A stretch of DNA of 40,848 nt from Candidatus Hydrothermarchaeales archaeon (GTDB taxonomy: Archaea > Hydrothermarchaeota > Hydrothermarchaeia > Hydrothermarchaeales > SZUA-236): positions 1 to 40,848 of the forward strand of contig JAZFTJ010000110.1 of NCBI GenBank assembly GCA_036446635.1, given 5' to 3'. Position 1 is the first letter of the stretch. Each line of letters starts with the position of its first letter. The notes under the pieces are model-generated. The model saw only the letters and a program-made list of their open reading frames with translations. It did no database searches and was not told where the DNA came from. Below, in pieces: positions 37,501-40,848 of this stretch. The position numbers and the translations under genes are program-made.

Positions 37501-37992
37501 ATGGTAATTGTCTACGGCAATCCTATTAAGAATTGGAAGTGCATCTTTAAGGAGTGCAAAGCCCTCTGCTGTCATGCGGCAAGAGAGGCTACGGGCAGAG
37601 ACCTTAAGAGGATATCTGAGGGAATGGGGTTAAAGCCTGAAGAATTTGCAGACCTAGATGAGAAGAGGGGGCTCTTTACACTTAAGGGCAAGGATGGAAG
37701 ATGCATTTTTGTCCAGGACGATTTTGGTTGTCAGCTGCATGCTAAAGGCATCAAGCCGATTCTATGCCAGATGTATCCTTTCAGGTTTGATGGTTTGATC
37801 TATTCAGATGATATCCTTTTGAAGATCAAGGTAAGGGAGGCTTGTCTAGGACTGGGTACTGGTAAAGACTTGGATGAGGATTTTGAGATCAGGATAGAGG
37901 AGTTGGGAAACAAGTTTGTTAAAGACATCAGGGATTATCTGAGGCTGAAGGCTGAGGGAAAAAGTTTTGACGAGATCCTAAAAGAGCTTTAA
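37501..37992 (+). CDS. YkgJ-like cysteine-cluster (putative Fe/Zn-chelating) protein
   Basis: N-terminal CIFKECKALCC cluster plus later Cys residues (CIFV, CQLH, CQMYPF). ~160 aa. The family call is tentative. Confidence 0.5.
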   Translation: MVIVYGNPIKNWKCIFKECKALCCHAAREATGRDLKRISEGMGLKPEEFADLDEKRGLFTLKGKDGRCIFVQDDFGCQLHAKGIKPILCQMYPFRFDGLIYSDDILLKIKVREACLGLGTGKDLDEDFEIRIEELGNKFVKDIRDYLRLKAEGKSFDEILKEL

Positions 37993-38017
37993 TGCCAAAT
38001 GGGGGGGTTATTATGAG

Positions 38018-38092
38018 CGCGCCCGGCGGGATTTGAACCCGCGGTCCCAAGCTTAGGAGGCTTGTGCCTTGTCCTGGCTAGGCTACGAGCGC
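38018..38092 (-). tRNA. tRNA-Arg (anticodon CCU)
   Basis: Hand-folded: acceptor GCGCUCG/CGGGCGC (one G-U), D-stem GCCU/AGGC, anticodon stem CAAGC/GCUUG, loop CUCCUAA, T-arm GCGGG-UUCAAAU-CCCGC. Confidence 0.85.
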
Positions 38093-38225
38093 ATACGTGT
38101 TTTGTAGAACTCTGGATCTTTATCTGTTTTATTATCATGTTTAAAAAATCAGAAAAACTTTTTTTGAGAAGCTAGCACCCGGTTTATTCGGGTTTGGCAC
38201 TGCATTTGTTTTTATTTGATGGGCT

Positions 38226-38636
38226 TCAGGATCCGTAGACTTTTTTAGGGTCGAATAATCTTTCGCCCACAATCTTCAGCTCTCCATCTTTTAGCTCTCT
38301 GAAGAAACAGGAATAATAGCCCTCGTGGCAGGCAGCGTTCTTTTGGTCGACTTTAAAGAGTATGGCATCTCCGTCGCAGTCTATATAGATCTCTTTTACG
38401 GTCTGCATATTGCCTGAGCTCTCGCCTTTTGTCCACAGCGTCTTTCTCGATGTTGAGTAATATGTCATCGTCCCTGTGCTCAGGGTCTTCCTCAATGCTT
38501 CTTCGTTCATAAAGGCGACCATTAGAACCTCCTGATTTTTGAAGTCTTGAACAATGGCTATGGCCAGATCTTCTCCACTCATTTTTATTCTGAAATTGAC
38601 CTTCTCGATGACATCTTGGAACAGTGGGTCATCCAT
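38226..38636 (-). CDS. hisI: Phosphoribosyl-AMP cyclohydrolase
   Basis: 136 aa. Motifs VLMVAFMNEEAL, YYSTSRKTLWTKGESSGN, IDCDGDAILFKV and CHEGYYSCF. Confidence 0.9.
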   Translation of the reverse strand: MDDPLFQDVIEKVNFRIKMSGEDLAIAIVQDFKNQEVLMVAFMNEEALRKTLSTGTMTYYSTSRKTLWTKGESSGNMQTVKEIYIDCDGDAILFKVDQKNAACHEGYYSCFFRELKDGELKIVGERLFDPKKVYGS

Positions 38637-38639
38637 TTA

Positions 38640-40848
38640 TCATTCCTCCTCGACAGACCTAGTGAGGATTAACACCCGGAACAATATGCCGAAGACGATC
38701 AATGTGAATATTATTGTGGCTATGACCTCTTTTTGGGTTAGCTCGATCTTCTTCCCCTCCGGTCCGAATGCTGAGACGTTCGGGAACGCTGTTGGCGTGG
38801 GATACGGTGTAATCGTCGGCGGTGAGGTAGTTGTCGGTGCGGGAGCGGTAGTTGTCGGTGGAGGTGTTGTCTCTGGGGGTTTTTCTCTTTCTTTGACCTT
38901 TAGGCTTATAATCTTGGATTCCTCTGAGTACGTGTTGCCTAGGATGTCTTCCCAATCGACCTTGGCTTTGCCGAGTGTGTAGTCCCCGCTTTTGTCGCTT
39001 TTTATCTGATATGATAGGGTTAAAACCTGTCCGGGTTCAAATACCGTCATGTTCTTGCGGGTTTCTCCGATGACATCAACTCCAGAGGGTGCTTCGTCTT
39101 CTATGAATACGTTGGTTGCGTTGGCCTCTCCGATGTTCTCTATTATCACTAATATGTTGATCTCTTCCCCCATCATGACCTCGGATTTTTCGATGGTTTT
39201 TGTCATTGTAAGGATGGCTCCTTTGACTTTGAAGTCCAATACCTCTGATATCTGTTTTCCATCATATGTCACGGTGTACGGTATCTTGTAGTGGCCTGAC
39301 TTTGATCCTGATAGGGTGAGATCCAGCGTTTTTTCCTCGTCCTTGTTTAGATTTCCACTCCATGAGATGTCGTCTGTGAATATGTACAGGATATCTGTTG
39401 GTCTTTTGATCTCTGCCTCTACTCTGCCGGTCCAGATGGTGTCGTTTGTGGAGATCTCCAGGTTTTTCGGCAGGGAGAGATTAAATGTCAGATTCTCGAG
39501 GGCTGCAAAGCCCTGATTTTTTAGCCTTATCTCCATCTTTGATGGCTCGTTTATGTCGCTCTCGTTGGCATAGTTTATGGTTGTAGACAGCTGGGTTCTT
39601 TCTACTCTCACGATTATGAAGGCCTCTAGGGCGGGATAGACGGTGACCGTGGTGGTTGTGTTTACTTCGTACTCCTCGTTGTAGAAATCCTTGTACTTGA
39701 CCGTTGTTTTTATGGGGAAGGAGGTTGTGTTCTCCACCGATGGGCTCCAAAGCACCAGGTTTTGGGTTATCTCCCCCCCATCATCCAGACTATCATAGTA
39801 TGTTTTTGTCTGTCCTTTGGTAAGGGTGAAGTTGCCGACGTCGATGCTGATTTCTAAATCATATGCCTTGTCGGTGCCTTTGTTATTGATGATCGGGGCA
39901 AAATCGAATCTTGAGTCTTCATAGACGCTGATGCTGCCGTTTTGAGTTATTTCTATGCTGGCGACTGCTAATGTAAATTCTCTGCTTAAGTCTTTTGTAA
40001 TGTTTATTAGGGTTTTAGTGCATGCACCTGGGAAGTATCCAGTGATGCTTTCATTTATGTCTAATGAGGCGCGGTCTACGTCTTGGTAGGATGTTTTGGT
40101 TGTGATGGAGATATTTTCGTGTGCGATGGGCATCACGGCATATCCGTAGGTAATGGTATCGCCGGGGTGTAACGCTCCTTGCCATGAGGTGTTGCCTGTA
40201 TAGTTTACTCCGCTTAAATCTTCGTAGACACTAAGGCCTGAGGCTATTGCATTACCGATGTTCTCAACCTTGATGGTTACGTCTGCCCCTGTTCTCTTGA
40301 TCCTCAGGGTTGTGTCTCCGTACTCTGTCCAGCTCATATTGCTGCCGGAGATGTCTGGTACGAGGATTATCTCTGCCTCGTTGAGGTCTGTGCTTGTTGG
40401 TGTTGACTTTGTTTTGAATGGATATTCAAAGGCGAGGGCATCGGACGGTCTGTCGGTGAATGTCTTAGTGATCCTTAAGGCAGGGGAGAAGATTAGATTG
40501 GTTCTTCCTGAGATTGTTGTGTATTGGTTTCCGAACTCGTCTTTGTAGGCGAGTTTTGACATGGTTATGCAGGATATGGGGTCGTTGGATACGACTGAGT
40601 ATGAGTATTCCTTCTTTTTTCCTGGGTCAAGGCGGCTTAGTGTTTTCGAGGTTGTTCCACTGACTACTTCTAGGTCTGGTGGTGGGGTGTCTTGTAGTTC
40701 AAGGTTGAATGCGGTTGTGGTTCCTGCGTTTTCTATGGTGTTTTTAACACTGAGTTCTCTTGTGGGGTTGGCTATGGACCAGCTGCCGCTTGTTTTGCTT
40801 AGATTGACGTTTAGGGTTTTGACAACTATATCCCGGGGTATTCTCTCT
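38640..40848 (-). CDS. Large cell-surface protein with CARDB/COG1361-like repeats, a Pro/Thr linker and a C-terminal TM anchor; the 5' end runs off the right window edge
   Basis: I translated the frame upstream of the listed ATG (40562) and it stays open to position 40848, so the gene is N-terminally truncated here. Repeated NxG-type beta-sandwich signatures are present (VENIGNAIASGLSV, IENIGEANATNVFI, IENAGTTTAFNLEL). The PT-rich PPETTPPPTTTAPAPTTTSPPTITPYPTPT is followed by the TM segment VIATIIFTLIVFGILFRVLIL. Confidence 0.7.
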   Translation of the reverse strand, partial: ERIPRDIVVKTLNVNLSKTSGSWSIANPTRELSVKNTIENAGTTTAFNLELQDTPPPDLEVVSGTTSKTLSRLDPGKKKEYSYSVVSNDPISCITMSKLAYKDEFGNQYTTISGRTNLIFSPALRITKTFTDRPSDALAFEYPFKTKSTPTSTDLNEAEIILVPDISGSNMSWTEYGDTTLRIKRTGADVTIKVENIGNAIASGLSVYEDLSGVNYTGNTSWQGALHPGDTITYGYAVMPIAHENISITTKTSYQDVDRASLDINESITGYFPGACTKTLINITKDLSREFTLAVASIEITQNGSISVYEDSRFDFAPIINNKGTDKAYDLEISIDVGNFTLTKGQTKTYYDSLDDGGEITQNLVLWSPSVENTTSFPIKTTVKYKDFYNEEYEVNTTTTVTVYPALEAFIIVRVERTQLSTTINYANESDINEPSKMEIRLKNQGFAALENLTFNLSLPKNLEISTNDTIWTGRVEAEIKRPTDILYIFTDDISWSGNLNKDEEKTLDLTLSGSKSGHYKIPYTVTYDGKQISEVLDFKVKGAILTMTKTIEKSEVMMGEEINILVIIENIGEANATNVFIEDEAPSGVDVIGETRKNMTVFEPGQVLTLSYQIKSDKSGDYTLGKAKVDWEDILGNTYSEESKIISLKVKEREKPPETTPPPTTTAPAPTTTSPPTITPYPTPTAFPNVSAFGPEGKKIELTQKEVIATIIFTLIVFGILFRVLILTRSVEEE

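Noticed and set aside
1-40848. CRISPR arrays, rRNA genes, IS elements or transposases, toxin-antitoxin pairs, recognisable defence-system genes, and recoded (Sec/Pyl) in-frame stops
   Set aside because: I scanned the intergenic regions and the ORF translations. I found no regularly spaced 25-40-nt repeats, no transposase, integrase or nuclease signatures, and no long ORF pairs split by a single in-frame stop.

Overview
This is an archaeal chromosomal segment with dense coding on both strands: about 44 protein genes and 5 tRNA genes. I saw no CRISPR array, rRNA, integrase or transposase. Archaeal hallmark genes are SepCysS, DGGGP synthase, a geranylgeranyl reductase paralog, aIF2-beta, ribosomal protein L35Ae, Thi4, a FlaK/PibD-type prepilin peptidase and Fap7. 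Together with a small multihaem c-type cytochrome, an aIF2-beta-TRAM fusion and a bacterial-type UvrABC block, they suggest a Methanosarcinales-like lineage (ANME-2 or Methanoperedens-type). That placement is inference from gene content only. Most of the window is housekeeping: uvrA-uvrC-uvrB, argD, hisC, hisI, htpX, thrC and thi4. Five things deserve a second look. (1) A tightly coupled operon encodes an E1-like ThiF/MoeB protein, a TusA-like protein, a DUF169-like protein and SepCysS (7337-10501). It looks like a dedicated sulfur relay feeding tRNA-dependent cysteine synthesis. (2) A ThrC / MoaD-ThiS-like (C-terminal GG) / Thi4 cluster (35077-37492) could use the same E1. (3) A co-directional block (22912-28702) holds a GGR paralog, a B12-domain radical SAM enzyme and a 1014-aa polytopic membrane protein. 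The cytoplasmic tail of that protein is a KaiC/RecA-like domain whose P-loop is destroyed. (4) A 1.4-kb AT-rich, gene-poor island (28703-30083) carries a triple TGTCGACT motif and small ORFs, including a zinc-ribbon ORF missing from the ORF track. (5) Ribosomal protein L35Ae carries a histone-H1-like poly-lysine tail. All family assignments come from reading motifs by eye. No database search was run.
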